Position numbers and translations under genes: made by a program. From a virus, in UHGV virus genome UHGV-0208078: DNA of 36,767 nt; one strand, written 5' to 3'. Of this stretch, positions 1 through 8,187 are shown in pieces (the first letter of the stretch is position 1; each line of letters opens with the position of its first letter). The notes below the pieces were generated by a model. It did no database searches. It was given only the letters and a program-made list of their open reading frames with translations, and was not told the DNA's origin.

Positions 1-3
1 ATT

Positions 4-1035
4 TTATTGTGGTGGATGGCAAATGCCGCACGGTTCATAAACTCCGCGTACCTCAGACAGATGTTTTTCTATCTTAGATTTCAAAGTTCTGCATCCAGCA
101 CTATGATACTTTGCCCCAGTGTTTGTTATATACACGATAGGATCATCTTGGCTTTGCTGTGCAGCCTGCTCTTGTGCTGCTTGCGCTGCAGCTTGCTCTT
201 GTGCAATCCTTTCTTGTTCAGCAGCCGCTGCCGCAGCCTGTTCTTGCTCAATACGCGCCTGTTCAGCTGCTTGAGCTTCCTGTTCCAACCTAATCCGTTC
301 TTCTTCCTCGGCTTTTATTCTCGCTTCTTCTTCCGGATCTATAACGGTAATAGTTTTCGCACTGCTTTTAACTTCTCCATTCGCCGTAAAAAATAGTGAT
401 GCATTCCCAGAACCCGTAAATGTAATGACGGCTTTTCCGTCCTTATATTCGAGATCTGCGATATTATTTTCGGATAATTCCAAACTTTCGATTTTTGCGT
501 CCGACGGGCTTGGAGTAATTTTCACCTCCGTTACATCTCCGATATTAAATTCTTCTTTCCCCCACTCTGCAGATATAGAGTTCAATTCAGATGGAGATCC
601 AAGCCATATAAAGATAATTAGAGATGTTGCAAACACAATCGAGCATATCACAGTATTCCTGATCCTGTATGGCCGGAATTTTTTGGATACAACACAGTAT
701 ATCAATACCGGTATGGCTGGTATCCATAAAAAAGAATACACTACAAGTGCAATAGAGAGCATTATCAGCAAGGCAATAACACTAAGACATCCACCACCAC
801 TTTTATTCGATGCTTTACTCATTGTTTTCCCCTTGTTTTCTTTAGTTTTTCCGTTTTTGGTTTCTGTGTAATACAGTCCGCTCCCTGGAATTCCAAAGCT
901 TTTTGTCCGTTTTCCGTCAGAATTAACAGTGTAGTGTATTCCTTTTCCGCCAAACGTGAAGCTATGGCTATTCTTGTTAAGATTAAACTTTATACCGGGA
1001 GCAATTTTAAAACTTTTTCTAAAACGAAATCCCAT
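4..1035 (-). CDS. DUF4236-type membrane protein with coiled-coil and C-terminal Cys/His motif; 3' end runs off the window (partial)
   Basis: 343-aa ORF. N-terminus MGFRFRKSFKIAPGIKFNLNK...GKGIHYT matches the DUF4236 pattern from memory. One hydrophobic helix (LSVIALLIMLSIALVVYSFLWIPAIPVLIY). Glu/Ala/Gln low-complexity coiled-coil. C-terminal YHSAGC...PCGICHP. No stop before position 4. Confidence 0.75.
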   Translation of the reverse strand: MGFRFRKSFKIAPGIKFNLNKNSHSFTFGGKGIHYTVNSDGKRTKSFGIPGSGLYYTETKNGKTKENKGKTMSKASNKSGGGCLSVIALLIMLSIALVVYSFLWIPAIPVLIYCVVSKKFRPYRIRNTVICSIVFATSLIIFIWLGSPSELNSISAEWGKEEFNIGDVTEVKITPSPSDAKIESLELSENNIADLEYKDGKAVITFTGSGNASLFFTANGEVKSSAKTITVIDPEEEARIKAEEEERIRLEQEAQAAEQARIEQEQAAAAAAEQERIAQEQAAAQAAQEQAAQQSQDDPIVYITNTGAKYHSAGCRTLKSKIEKHLSEVRGVYEPCGICHPPQ

Positions 1036-1168
1036 TCCTTTCTTAATTCACCTTCTTCTTCTCTCCTGTACTTTTCCCACAATTTATATATAAACGCCGA
1101 AGCGGTTATATCATTACCATTATTTACCTGTAGTTTCCAGTTTTGGAATATACTACAATAATTACATT

Positions 1169-1366
1169 ATGAAGATACTACTCGATAAGATCATGCACGA
1201 TAAAAACCTATCTACTCGGCAAGTATCCATTGCAACTGGAATATCAAAATCAACGATTAACCGCATTGCAAATGGTAAAATATCGCCGACAGCTGACACG
1301 CTGGAATTGCTTGCCAAGGACTTAAAAGTCCGAATTTCCGACCTTATCGACTCTCCATATCAATAA
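1169..1366 (+). CDS. small XRE-family HTH transcriptional regulator (65 aa)
   Basis: HTH signature LSTRQVSIATGISKSTINRIANG. Divergent to the DUF4236 gene. Typical phage lysogeny-module regulator. Confidence 0.8.
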   Translation: MKILLDKIMHDKNLSTRQVSIATGISKSTINRIANGKISPTADTLELLAKDLKVRISDLIDSPYQ

Positions 1367-1368
1367 GT

Positions 1369-1396
1369 GTCCCACATCTGGGACGATTGTCCATTT
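1369..1396 (+). terminator. weak hairpin terminator after HTH gene
   Basis: GTCCCA-catc-TGGGAC stem-loop just after the stop, followed by a T-rich stretch (ccattttcg). The T tract is not contiguous. Confidence 0.3.
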
Positions 1397-1470
1397 TCGC
1401 GTAAGTTTCCCGAATTTTAACTGTTTATTTAATAGAGGGCAAAAACATTGCCACAAAATAACAGAACAAA

Positions 1471-1532
1471 TGTTCGAACAAAATATTGATTTTTGTTCCC
1501 TGAGATAGTATTATATGTTCAGGGATTTCGAA
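1471..1532 (+). promoter_or_regulatory. sigma70-like promoter bracketed by TTCGAA operator half-sites
   Basis: -35 TTGATT (1486-1491), 17-nt spacer, -10 TATTAT (1509-1514). Palindromic TGTTCGAACA at 1471-1480 and TTCGAA at 1527-1532. Same core motif as the operators at 2071-2150. Confidence 0.45.
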
Positions 1533-1563
1533 CAAGTGTTTTTGCAGTTAGGGGGATCGCGAA

Positions 1564-1665
1564 ATGGATTACAAAAACAAGATTATCGAACTTATCAACG
1601 GTATAAGTAATACTGCAAAATTAGAGTATCTTTATTACGTGATAAGATCGTTTCTTAAAGGGTAG
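1564..1665 (+). CDS. micro-ORF (33 aa) downstream of the internal promoter
   Basis: ATG at 1564 is preceded by GGGGGA about 8 nt upstream. The ORF ends at the bidirectional hairpin. No homology recognised. It could instead be an untranslated leader. Confidence 0.3.
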   Translation: MDYKNKIIELINGISNTAKLEYLYYVIRSFLKG

Positions 1666-1685
1666 GCTATTGCTTACCCTTTTTA
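1658..1685 (+). terminator. hairpin terminator between convergent genes
   Basis: AAGGGTA-ggctattgct-TACCCTT followed by TTTT. It sits exactly where the + micro-ORF and the leftward repressor gene meet. Confidence 0.5.
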
Positions 1686-2011
1686 GAAAGCGATTCGATA
1701 AGATGCTTTATGGCTTCCTTGTCGGATTCATCTAAAGAATAGTAACAAGATATCATATTGATAATCTCTTGATCTTTCATTATTCGTCCAACTAATGTTC
1801 CACTTTCTTCTCTGGAATAATTTCCAAAAAAGTCGTTTGGTATCATTTCCAGCACTTCACATAATCTTTCTATAGTATCAGCGTCTGGTTTATTCTTATT
1901 ATTTTCCCAATCGCTTATTGAATTATGTTTTGCACCTATTAAATTCGCAAGTTCTTTTTGAGTCATGTTTTTCTTTTTTCTGTATTCCTTTATTTTCTCT
2001 CCTAAACTCAT
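1667..2011 (-). CDS. CI-like repressor, XRE-family HTH (114 aa from the second ATG)
   Basis: HTH MTQKELANLIGAKHNSISDWEN plus a C-terminal domain of about 50 aa. The ORF track starts at 2029, but the ATG at 2011 has GGAGGA 6 nt upstream. It is divergent from the cro-like gene. Confidence 0.8.
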   Translation of the reverse strand: MSLGEKIKEYRKKKNMTQKELANLIGAKHNSISDWENNKNKPDADTIERLCEVLEMIPNDFFGNYSREESGTLVGRIMKDQEIINMISCYYSLDESDKEAIKHLIESLSKKGKQ

Positions 2012-2034
2012 TATGCTTCCTCCTTGCATTTTCT

Positions 2035-2063
2035 ATATTAACACATGGAAATTATATTTTCAA
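2035..2063 (-). promoter_or_regulatory. candidate leftward (PRM-like) promoter for the repressor gene
   Basis: On the minus strand: TTGAAA, 17 nt, TAATAT. It is positioned just upstream of the repressor RBS. Confidence 0.4.
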
Positions 2064-2070
2064 CAAAAAA

Positions 2071-2150
2071 AGTTCGAAAAAATCGAAATTTTAGTGTTGA
2101 CATTCGAATATTTCGAAGTTATAATGAAATTAGTTCGAACGAATCGAAAA
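2071..2150 (+). promoter_or_regulatory. rightward sigma70 promoter with three TTCGAA-N3/4-TCGAA operators (genetic switch)
   Basis: -35 TTGACA (2097-2102), exactly 17 nt, -10 TATAAT (2120-2125). Operator-like dyads: TTCGAAAAAATCGAAA (about 2073-2088), TTCGAATATTTCGAA lying between -35 and -10 (2103-2117), and TTCGAACGAATCGAAA (about 2134-2149). Confidence 0.7.
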
Positions 2151-2170
2151 ATGAAAGAGGTGATTACGGA

Positions 2171-2374
2171 ATGTGTGTAGGTGAAAGAATTAAAGCTTAC
2201 ATGGACGAAAAGGGAATTAAGCAGGTTTTTGTATCACGAAAAACAGGGATACCAAAAGAAAAACTTTGTTCATCATTAAATGGAAATAGGAAATTGCAAT
2301 TTGAAGAATACGAGCTGATCTGTGGAGCGTTAGATGTAAATACGGACAAGTTTATTAAACCGAAGAAATTGTAA
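2171..2374 (+). CDS. Cro-like XRE-family HTH regulator (67 aa)
   Basis: ATG at 2171 after GAAAGAGGTGA. HTH KQVFVSRKTGIPKEKLCSSLNG. First gene of the rightward early operon. The ORF-track extension back to 2045 would cross the promoter and is unlikely. Confidence 0.75.
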   Translation: MCVGERIKAYMDEKGIKQVFVSRKTGIPKEKLCSSLNGNRKLQFEEYELICGALDVNTDKFIKPKKL

Positions 2375-2385
2375 AGGAGAACAAA

Positions 2386-3147
2386 ATGAACAATTTAACA
2401 GTATTTGAACAAAACGGTCAGCTACTCACCGACAGTAGAGAGGTAGCAATGATGGTAGGAAAAGACCATGCAAAACTCTTAAGAGATATCAAAGGATATG
2501 TCAAACATCTTACTGAAGCCAATTTTGGATTGAGTGAATATTTCATTGAATCAGAGTACAAAGACAGTACCGGAAGAACACTTCCATGTTACCTCTGCAC
2601 AAAGAAAGGATGCGACATGATCGCCAACAAAATGACCGGAAAGAAAGGTGTCATTTTCACAGCTACATATATCGAAGCATTTGAGAAGATGAAAGATTTC
2701 ATTGAAAAAGGAACGCAGTACGTAGGCATTCCATTAAAAGAACAGGTGGAATCACTGGAAGTGGTAGCAAGCATGTTAAGAATGAACGATGCAAGCAAGT
2801 TGCTGATGCTGAAAGGGTTCTATGATTCTTACCATATTCCGACAGGATTCTTACCGAATTATGAGTTTAACGGCAATAGGGAAATGAAGTCACTCACAGC
2901 ACTGTTGAAAGAAAACAATCTCGGAATCAGTGCGGTACAGTTCAATAAGAAACTTTTATCAGCTGGAATCTTGGAAGAAAAGGAACGCCAGTCAAGTAAG
3001 GGAAGAGTAAAAAAGTTCAAATCACTGACAGAGAAAGGTTTGAAATACGGTGAAAATGCAGTCAGTCCTCATAATCAGAAAGAAGTGCAGCCGTTGTATT
3101 ACAGTGATACATTTAATGAACTGTTTGAAATGGTGATGAATGACTAG
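2386..3147 (+). CDS. phage regulatory protein Rha / antirepressor family
   Basis: N-terminus TVFEQNGQLLTDSREVAMMVGKDHAKLLRDIKGY matches the Rha N-terminal motif as remembered. RBS AAGGAGA. Position right after cro. Confidence 0.75.
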   Translation: MNNLTVFEQNGQLLTDSREVAMMVGKDHAKLLRDIKGYVKHLTEANFGLSEYFIESEYKDSTGRTLPCYLCTKKGCDMIANKMTGKKGVIFTATYIEAFEKMKDFIEKGTQYVGIPLKEQVESLEVVASMLRMNDASKLLMLKGFYDSYHIPTGFLPNYEFNGNREMKSLTALLKENNLGISAVQFNKKLLSAGILEEKERQSSKGRVKKFKSLTEKGLKYGENAVSPHNQKEVQPLYYSDTFNELFEMVMND

Positions 3148-3204
3148 CCCGCCACAAGCCCGAAAGATGCAGAGGACGGAATAAAAAGAAAGAGAGGTAA
3201 AACA

Positions 3205-3465
3205 ATGATTGGCTACAAAACATCTAACGATTCGGTAGTTTTGAACTATACAAAAGATAACGCAGTATCTTTCTTATGCCAGGCTATGTTTGATGAGACG
3301 TTGAGATTAAGGAAATGTGTCCGAAGAAAAGAAAGAGATTCCATAAGAAATTTTCTTACAGAATCTTTTCGAATACTTGTTGCAAATACTCAAGATACAG
3401 AAAGTCGAGAAGAGCATTTAGATGATACGACGCAAGGGATCCCAATGTCCAGTAGCATAAGGTAA
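3205..3465 (+). CDS. hypothetical protein (86 aa)
   Basis: ATG preceded by AGAGAGGT. It overlaps the 3' end of the opposite-strand ORF by about 110 nt, so one of the two may be shorter than called. Confidence 0.45.
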   Translation: MIGYKTSNDSVVLNYTKDNAVSFLCQAMFDETLRLRKCVRRKERDSIRNFLTESFRILVANTQDTESREEHLDDTTQGIPMSSSIR

Positions 3466-3868
3466 TCAATGTTTTAATAAAAATGTTTGTATTTATGCTA
3501 TATGTTTGAAGAATCCTTACAGGAAGAAATATCCAATAAAAGGGATTGATAGAGTTTTTCAACCTTATCCTATAGACGCCTAGCGTCAGTTGAAATACCT
3601 TATCCACTTCAAGAAAATAGTCTTTTCTATCCGCCAGATATGCTACATCTCGAACGGTTCTCTCTAAGTAACCATGTTTTCTTTCGTCATAGGTTGTGCG
3701 ATAAGAGGTGTTAGCGTTTTTGAATAGGGAATCTATTTCGGGAATGTATGAGGTTATCCAATTTCCAGTTTTAAATTTTCTATATAAATTTTTCGTTTTT
3801 AAGAATCGAAAACCATTTATAAGAATTTTTACAAAAATAATTATTGAAATGAGAAGAATTACTTTCAT
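3356..3868 (-). CDS. membrane-anchored hypothetical protein (170 aa), opposite strand to the early operon; moron candidate
   Basis: ATG at 3868 has AGGAAAGGAAA 4 nt upstream. N-terminal TM helix MKVILLISIIIFVKILINGF, then a polar domain (YDERKHGYLERTVRDVAYLADRKDYFLEV). The C-terminal third is encoded by AT-rich DNA and may be over-extended. Confidence 0.5.
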   Translation of the reverse strand: MKVILLISIIIFVKILINGFRFLKTKNLYRKFKTGNWITSYIPEIDSLFKNANTSYRTTYDERKHGYLERTVRDVAYLADRKDYFLEVDKVFQLTLGVYRIRLKNSINPFYWIFLPVRILQTYSINTNIFIKTLITLCYWTLGSLASYHLNALLDFLYLEYLQQVFEKIL

Positions 3869-3965
3869 AGATATTTCCTTTCCTGAAACGAGTATAAATA
3901 TTCACTTTAATTATAGAAGAAAATTAATTAAATGGCAATAAAAGAAAAGAAAGAGAGGTGACAGC

Positions 3966-4142
3966 GTGAGTGAGAAAGAAAAAGAGATCATCCGCAAAGT
4001 AGCGCATGCGCTGACGGAAGTGATCGGGATGGTAAAGCAGTGGTATGCAGACAATGGATATCCAAGAGAAATCTCATACATACAGTGCGATGGACAGATA
4101 AAGAAATATCATGTGATCGTCAGAGATTCGGATGCTAATTAA
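3966..4142 (+). CDS. small hypothetical protein (58 aa, GTG start)
   Basis: GTG preceded by AGAGAGGTGA. Translation VSEKEKEIIRKVAHALTEVIGMVKQWYADNGYPREISYIQCDGQIKKYHVIVRDSDAN. It is absent from the ORF track because it is under 60 aa. Confidence 0.45.
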   Translation: MSEKEKEIIRKVAHALTEVIGMVKQWYADNGYPREISYIQCDGQIKKYHVIVRDSDAN

Positions 4143-4201
4143 AAACGTAGGACAACATACGCAGGACGATCAACCTGCATACAGTAAAGAGGGGTGGTGA
4201 A

Positions 4202-4354
4202 ATGAAAGGAATCGAAGTAGTAAGCATGATCAAAATCAATGGTTCTTGGGTAAACCAGGAGGACTTAAGCAAGGAAGAATTTTCCGAGATTTTGGAGAAA
4301 AAATTAGATGAAACAATGAAAAATATAGGATTCGAAAGAAGAAAAACCGCTTAG
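4202..4354 (+). CDS. small hypothetical protein (50 aa)
   Basis: ATG after GAGGGGTGGTGA. Translation MKGIEVVSMIKINGSWVNQEDLSKEEFSEILEKKLDETMKNIGFERRKTA. Confidence 0.4.
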   Translation: MKGIEVVSMIKINGSWVNQEDLSKEEFSEILEKKLDETMKNIGFERRKTA

Positions 4355-4376
4355 GCGGTAGATGGGAGGACAAGCT

Positions 4377-4565
4377 ATGAAAGTTAAAGGAACTTACCAT
4401 TGCCAGACTACTCAACAGCTCAATGCATTAAACGGTTGGGATATCCGGTCTGTATCGGTTGAGCTTCCGGAAACAAAGGACAAGCCTTACTGGCACAAGG
4501 TTACAGCATCTGTGATCGGGTTTGTGCTGGTGCTACTGTCGTGGTATCTGGTGTTTGGGTATTAA
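4377..4565 (+). CDS. small protein with C-terminal TM helix (62 aa)
   Basis: ATG 7 nt after GGGAGGA. C-terminal VTASVIGFVLVLLSWYLVFGY is hydrophobic. Confidence 0.5.
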   Translation: MKVKGTYHCQTTQQLNALNGWDIRSVSVELPETKDKPYWHKVTASVIGFVLVLLSWYLVFGY

Positions 4566-4567
4566 AA

Positions 4568-4606
4568 AAGAGTGCTGTCACAGGGCGGCAACCCTCGAGC
4601 ACTCAA
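4568..4606 (+). terminator. two-tier stem-loop, possible terminator or processing site
   Basis: GAGTGCT-gtcac-AGGG-cggcaa-CCCT-cg-AGCACTC. It is followed by A/T-rich sequence but no clean T tract. Confidence 0.3.
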
Positions 4607-4651
4607 GAAATTAAATCATTTAAATTGTAGACGAAAAGGAGAAGTTTGTAA

Positions 4652-6082
4652 ATGAAAATTACGAAAATTAAGATCAAAAATCTTTATGGAATTACAGAAT
4701 ATGAAGGAGACGGAAAGAGTGTAGAGCTTTCCGGAACAAATGGAGCAGGTAAATCTTCTGTGATTGATGCGATTCGGTACGCACTTACAAATAAGTCGAA
4801 CCGTAAATATGTCGTCAGAAATGGAGAAACAGAGGGGGAAATTCTGATTGAAACAGATAACGGATTGAGAATCAATCGGAAGGCAAGAACGAATCAAGCG
4901 GATTACAAGAGCGTGAAGCAGAACGGTCATGAGGTGGGGAGTCCGGAAACATTTTTGAAAGATATTTTTACTCCACTGCAGCTGTCACCGGTTGAATTTA
5001 TGGAGAAATCCGAAAAAGAGCAGAATGCAATTTTGCTTGATATGATCCAGTATGACTGGTCATTGCAGACAATTCGTGAATGGTTTGGTGAAATTCCAGA
5101 TTGGGTATCTTACGATCAGAATATTTTACAAGTTTTGAATGATATACAGTCGGAAAACGGCATGTATTACAGGAATCGGCAGGATGTGAATAGAGATATC
5201 CGGAATAAAAAATCATTTGTTGAGGATATCGCAGATGCTATCCCGTCTGGATACGATGCGGAAAAATGGGAAAATGAAAATCTTGGACAGCTGTATCAGG
5301 AAATTGAGCGCATCAGAAAAGAAAATGAGCAGATCGAGAAAGCAAAGCGGTTCATCGAGCAGAGAGATAATAAAGTCCGGTCGTTCGAAGCGGATAAAGA
5401 GATTAAATTATCTGCATTGGAAAGGTCATTTACCGCAGAGCGGGAGCGGCTTTTGAAAGAGAATGAAAGACTGCAGGCTCAGTTGAGAGAAAATCAAACA
5501 ATGCTTGCTGGTATGGAAGAGAGAAAAGCGGACAAAGCAGAAGTGATCGTAAAAGAATATGAAGCGAATGTTGCGAAATATGACAGCTCTGTAGAAGAGT
5601 ATAAAGAATTGTCAGAAAAAGAAGTACAGGATTATTCGGAATTGCAGAATCAGGCATCTTATGCGGAAGAGATGAAATCCCACTTGAATGAATATCGTCG
5701 AATGGTTGATCTACAGAACGAAGTGGAGCGATTAAAAGCAGAATCCGAAGAATTTACGAAGAAAATCGAAAAGGCACGGTCTCTTCCTGGGGAAATTTTA
5801 GAAACTGCAACTATTCCAATTTCTGGTCTTACGGTTGTAAATGGAGTTCCACTGATTCACGGACTACCGATCAGCAATCTATCAGACGGAGAAAAACTTG
5901 ATCTTTGTATTGATGTGGCGATTCAAAAACCGAATGGACTGCAGATCATCCTGATTGATGGAGTAGAGAAAATGTCTACAAAAATGCGGACAGAGCTGTA
6001 TCAGAAGTGCAAAGATAAGGGATTACAGTTCATCGCAACAAGAACAACAGATGAAGAAGATCTGACAGTGATTGAATTATAA
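4652..6082 (+). CDS. SMC/SbcC/RecN-like ABC ATPase (phage recombination-associated)
   Basis: Walker A GTNGAGKSS near the N-terminus. Long Glu/Lys-rich coiled-coil in the middle. C-terminal LSDGEKLDL signature-like motif and ILIDGVE Walker-B-like motif. RBS AAAGGAGAAG. Confidence 0.75.
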   Translation: MKITKIKIKNLYGITEYEGDGKSVELSGTNGAGKSSVIDAIRYALTNKSNRKYVVRNGETEGEILIETDNGLRINRKARTNQADYKSVKQNGHEVGSPETFLKDIFTPLQLSPVEFMEKSEKEQNAILLDMIQYDWSLQTIREWFGEIPDWVSYDQNILQVLNDIQSENGMYYRNRQDVNRDIRNKKSFVEDIADAIPSGYDAEKWENENLGQLYQEIERIRKENEQIEKAKRFIEQRDNKVRSFEADKEIKLSALERSFTAERERLLKENERLQAQLRENQTMLAGMEERKADKAEVIVKEYEANVAKYDSSVEEYKELSEKEVQDYSELQNQASYAEEMKSHLNEYRRMVDLQNEVERLKAESEEFTKKIEKARSLPGEILETATIPISGLTVVNGVPLIHGLPISNLSDGEKLDLCIDVAIQKPNGLQIILIDGVEKMSTKMRTELYQKCKDKGLQFIATRTTDEEDLTVIEL

Positions 6083-6087
6083 GGAGA

Positions 6088-6729
6088 ATGGATATGGAAG
6101 AGATGATTGTAAGAGAAGAAAAGCACGAATTGAGTCCATTTGCGGACAGCCAGAGTTTTCAAAAGATTTTTGACATCGGAAAAATGTTCGCTACATCGCA
6201 GTTGGTGCCACAGAATTACCAAGGAAAACCAATGGATTGCACCATTGCAGTAGATATGGCTAATCGGATGGGGGTATCCCCTATGATGGTCATGCAGAAC
6301 CTGTATGTTGTAAAAGGTAAGCCTACATGGAGTGGACAGGCTTGTATGAGCATGATCCGGGCAAGTGAAGAGTTTAAAAATGTCCGTCTGGTATATTCCG
6401 GAGAACCGAACACTGACGGCAGAGGATGCAGAGTTGAAGCGGAATACAAAAGTGATGGAACGAAAGCGATTGGAACTACAGTGACAATAGGAATGGCCAA
6501 AGAGATGAAATGGTATGACAAGCCGGGAAGCTTATGGAAAACCATGCCGGAGCAGATGCTCAGCTATAGAGCAGCGGCGTATTTTGCCAGATCCTATATT
6601 CCTAATGCTCTTATGGGAATGCACGTTGAGGGAGAACCGGAGGACATTTGTGAAAATGAGAGAGAAACTGTAGAAAACCCGTTTGATTTTGAAGCTGCAG
6701 TGCAAGAAGCAGAGGAGGTATTTGAATGA
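6088..6729 (+). CDS. single-strand annealing protein, RecT/Redbeta-like (putative)
   Basis: Position between the ATPase and the exonuclease. The segment LYVVKGKPTWSGQACMSMIRASEEF resembles the RecT core as I recall it, but the family call is unverified. RBS AAGGAGAA. Confidence 0.55.
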   Translation: MDMEEMIVREEKHELSPFADSQSFQKIFDIGKMFATSQLVPQNYQGKPMDCTIAVDMANRMGVSPMMVMQNLYVVKGKPTWSGQACMSMIRASEEFKNVRLVYSGEPNTDGRGCRVEAEYKSDGTKAIGTTVTIGMAKEMKWYDKPGSLWKTMPEQMLSYRAAAYFARSYIPNALMGMHVEGEPEDICENERETVENPFDFEAAVQEAEEVFE

Positions 6730-7523
6730 TTTTAACACAGGAAAATTATTACAGTAAAGAAGCGAATCAGGAGTATCTCAGTGTCTCGCAGTATAAGGAT
6801 TTTTGCGGAACAATCGGACGTGTTGGATGCGAGGAACAGGCACTTGCAAAGCTGAATGGTGACTGGGAATTGGAGAAAACAACAGCTCTTCTGGTTGGCT
6901 CTTATGTGGATTCGCATTTCGAAGGAACGCTTGACTTGTTTAAGGCTCAGAATCCTGAGATATTTACAAAAAAAGGAGAGTTAAAGGCAGAGTACAGAAA
7001 AGCAGAAGAAATCATAAACCGAATCGAAAGAGACCCTTTATTTATGATGTTTATGAGTGGAGAAAAGCAGAAAATCTTTACAGCTGATCTGTTTGGAGCG
7101 AAATGGAAAGTGAAGCTTGACAGCTATTTGCCCGGTAAATGCATCGTTGATTTGAAAGTAATGAAATCCCTGAGAGAAGCGCATTACGCAAAAGACATGG
7201 GATTGATGGACTTTGTGAGATTTTGGGGCTATGACATACAAGCTGCCGTATACCAAGAGGTAGTGAGGATCAATACAGGGGAGCGATTGCCGTTTTATAT
7301 CGCAGCAGCCAGCAAGGAGAAAGTTCCAGATATCGAGATTATCCAGATTCCGCAGGAATGGATGAATGATTGCTTGTCTGGAATGGAGATGAATGTGTCA
7401 AAGATTCTCTCTCTGAAAAACGGAGAGATCGATCCAATACGTTGTGAAGTTTGTGACTGGTGTAAGCACACCAAAATACTAAAAGCACCAATCTGGCCAG
7501 ATAATTTGATAGGAGAAGTGTAG
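6726..7523 (+). CDS. PD-(D/E)XK Cas4/RecB-like exonuclease with Fe-S Cys cluster
   Basis: IVDLKVMKS (D-x-K) motif. One N-terminal Cys (FCGTIGRVGCEEQ) plus C-terminal CEVCDWC. This is the four-Cys arrangement typical of Cas4-like phage exonucleases. ATGA overlap with the upstream gene. Confidence 0.75.
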   Translation: MILTQENYYSKEANQEYLSVSQYKDFCGTIGRVGCEEQALAKLNGDWELEKTTALLVGSYVDSHFEGTLDLFKAQNPEIFTKKGELKAEYRKAEEIINRIERDPLFMMFMSGEKQKIFTADLFGAKWKVKLDSYLPGKCIVDLKVMKSLREAHYAKDMGLMDFVRFWGYDIQAAVYQEVVRINTGERLPFYIAAASKEKVPDIEIIQIPQEWMNDCLSGMEMNVSKILSLKNGEIDPIRCEVCDWCKHTKILKAPIWPDNLIGEV

Positions 7524-7802
7524 ATGAAAAAGTCAGACACGATAGTGACAGAATACGTTGAGTTTTGCTTGATCTGCGGAAAACCATACAACATCCATGG
7601 ACATCATTTGATCTGTGGAAGAGGGAGAAGGCAGAACGGAACAAAGGATAAGTTGATTCTTCCTGTGTGCAGTGATTGTCACGGGAAAATACACGAAAAT
7701 AGTGTAAGCATGGCATTGTCTAAGATGGTAGGACAGGCAATCTATGAGCAGAACCATACACGAGAGGAATTTAGGGAACGATATGGACAATCATATTTTT
7801 GA
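7524..7802 (+). CDS. HNH endonuclease (92 aa)
   Basis: CLICGKP...HGHHL...PVCSDCHGKIH is an HNH / zinc-finger motif. Confidence 0.75.
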   Translation: MKKSDTIVTEYVEFCLICGKPYNIHGHHLICGRGRRQNGTKDKLILPVCSDCHGKIHENSVSMALSKMVGQAIYEQNHTREEFRERYGQSYF

Positions 7803-8187
7803 AATCAGAGGGAAATTTTACAAAGGACATTGCTTCCCGGGTCTGAATGATTACATACATGAGATCGGGAAGAACCCGAAAGCAGGAAATCGAATGAAGC
7901 AACAGTATCAGATGATAGCCTGTAACGCTGTCAGGCTTGGCTTAAAGCGTTTTAAAACAGATAAGCCTATCATTCTTCACTATACGTTTAAAGAGCCTAA
8001 AAAGGGCAATAAACGGGACAGAATGAATGTTTTCAGTTTTGCGGACAAGGTGATTGAAGACGCATTGCAGAAATGCGATGTGATTGTTAATGATGATCCG
8101 GCTCATGTCGTGAATACAACGCATGAGTTTGAGTATACAAGCGGAATCCCGTCAATCATTGTCCGAATTGAAGAGATAATGGGGTAG
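7783..8187 (+). CDS. rusA: RusA-family Holliday-junction resolvase
   Basis: Its position and size fit RusA-like proteins of Gram-positive phages from memory. It contains Asp-rich VIVNDD, but the catalytic motif was not verified. The start is taken at the internal ATG (MDNHIFEIRG) after GGGAA. The ORF track starts at 7744. Confidence 0.6.
   Translation: MDNHIFEIRGKFYKGHCFPGLNDYIHEIGKNPKAGNRMKQQYQMIACNAVRLGLKRFKTDKPIILHYTFKEPKKGNKRDRMNVFSFADKVIEDALQKCDVIVNDDPAHVVNTTHEFEYTSGIPSIIVRIEEIMG

Noticed and set aside
7-871. Plus-strand ORFs 7-396 and 425-871
   Set aside because: Antisense to the DUF4236 gene. No RBS. Leu/Phe/Ser-rich junk composition.
2045-2170. Upstream extension of the cro-like ORF
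   Set aside because: It would start inside the operator/promoter region. The ATG at 2171 has the RBS.
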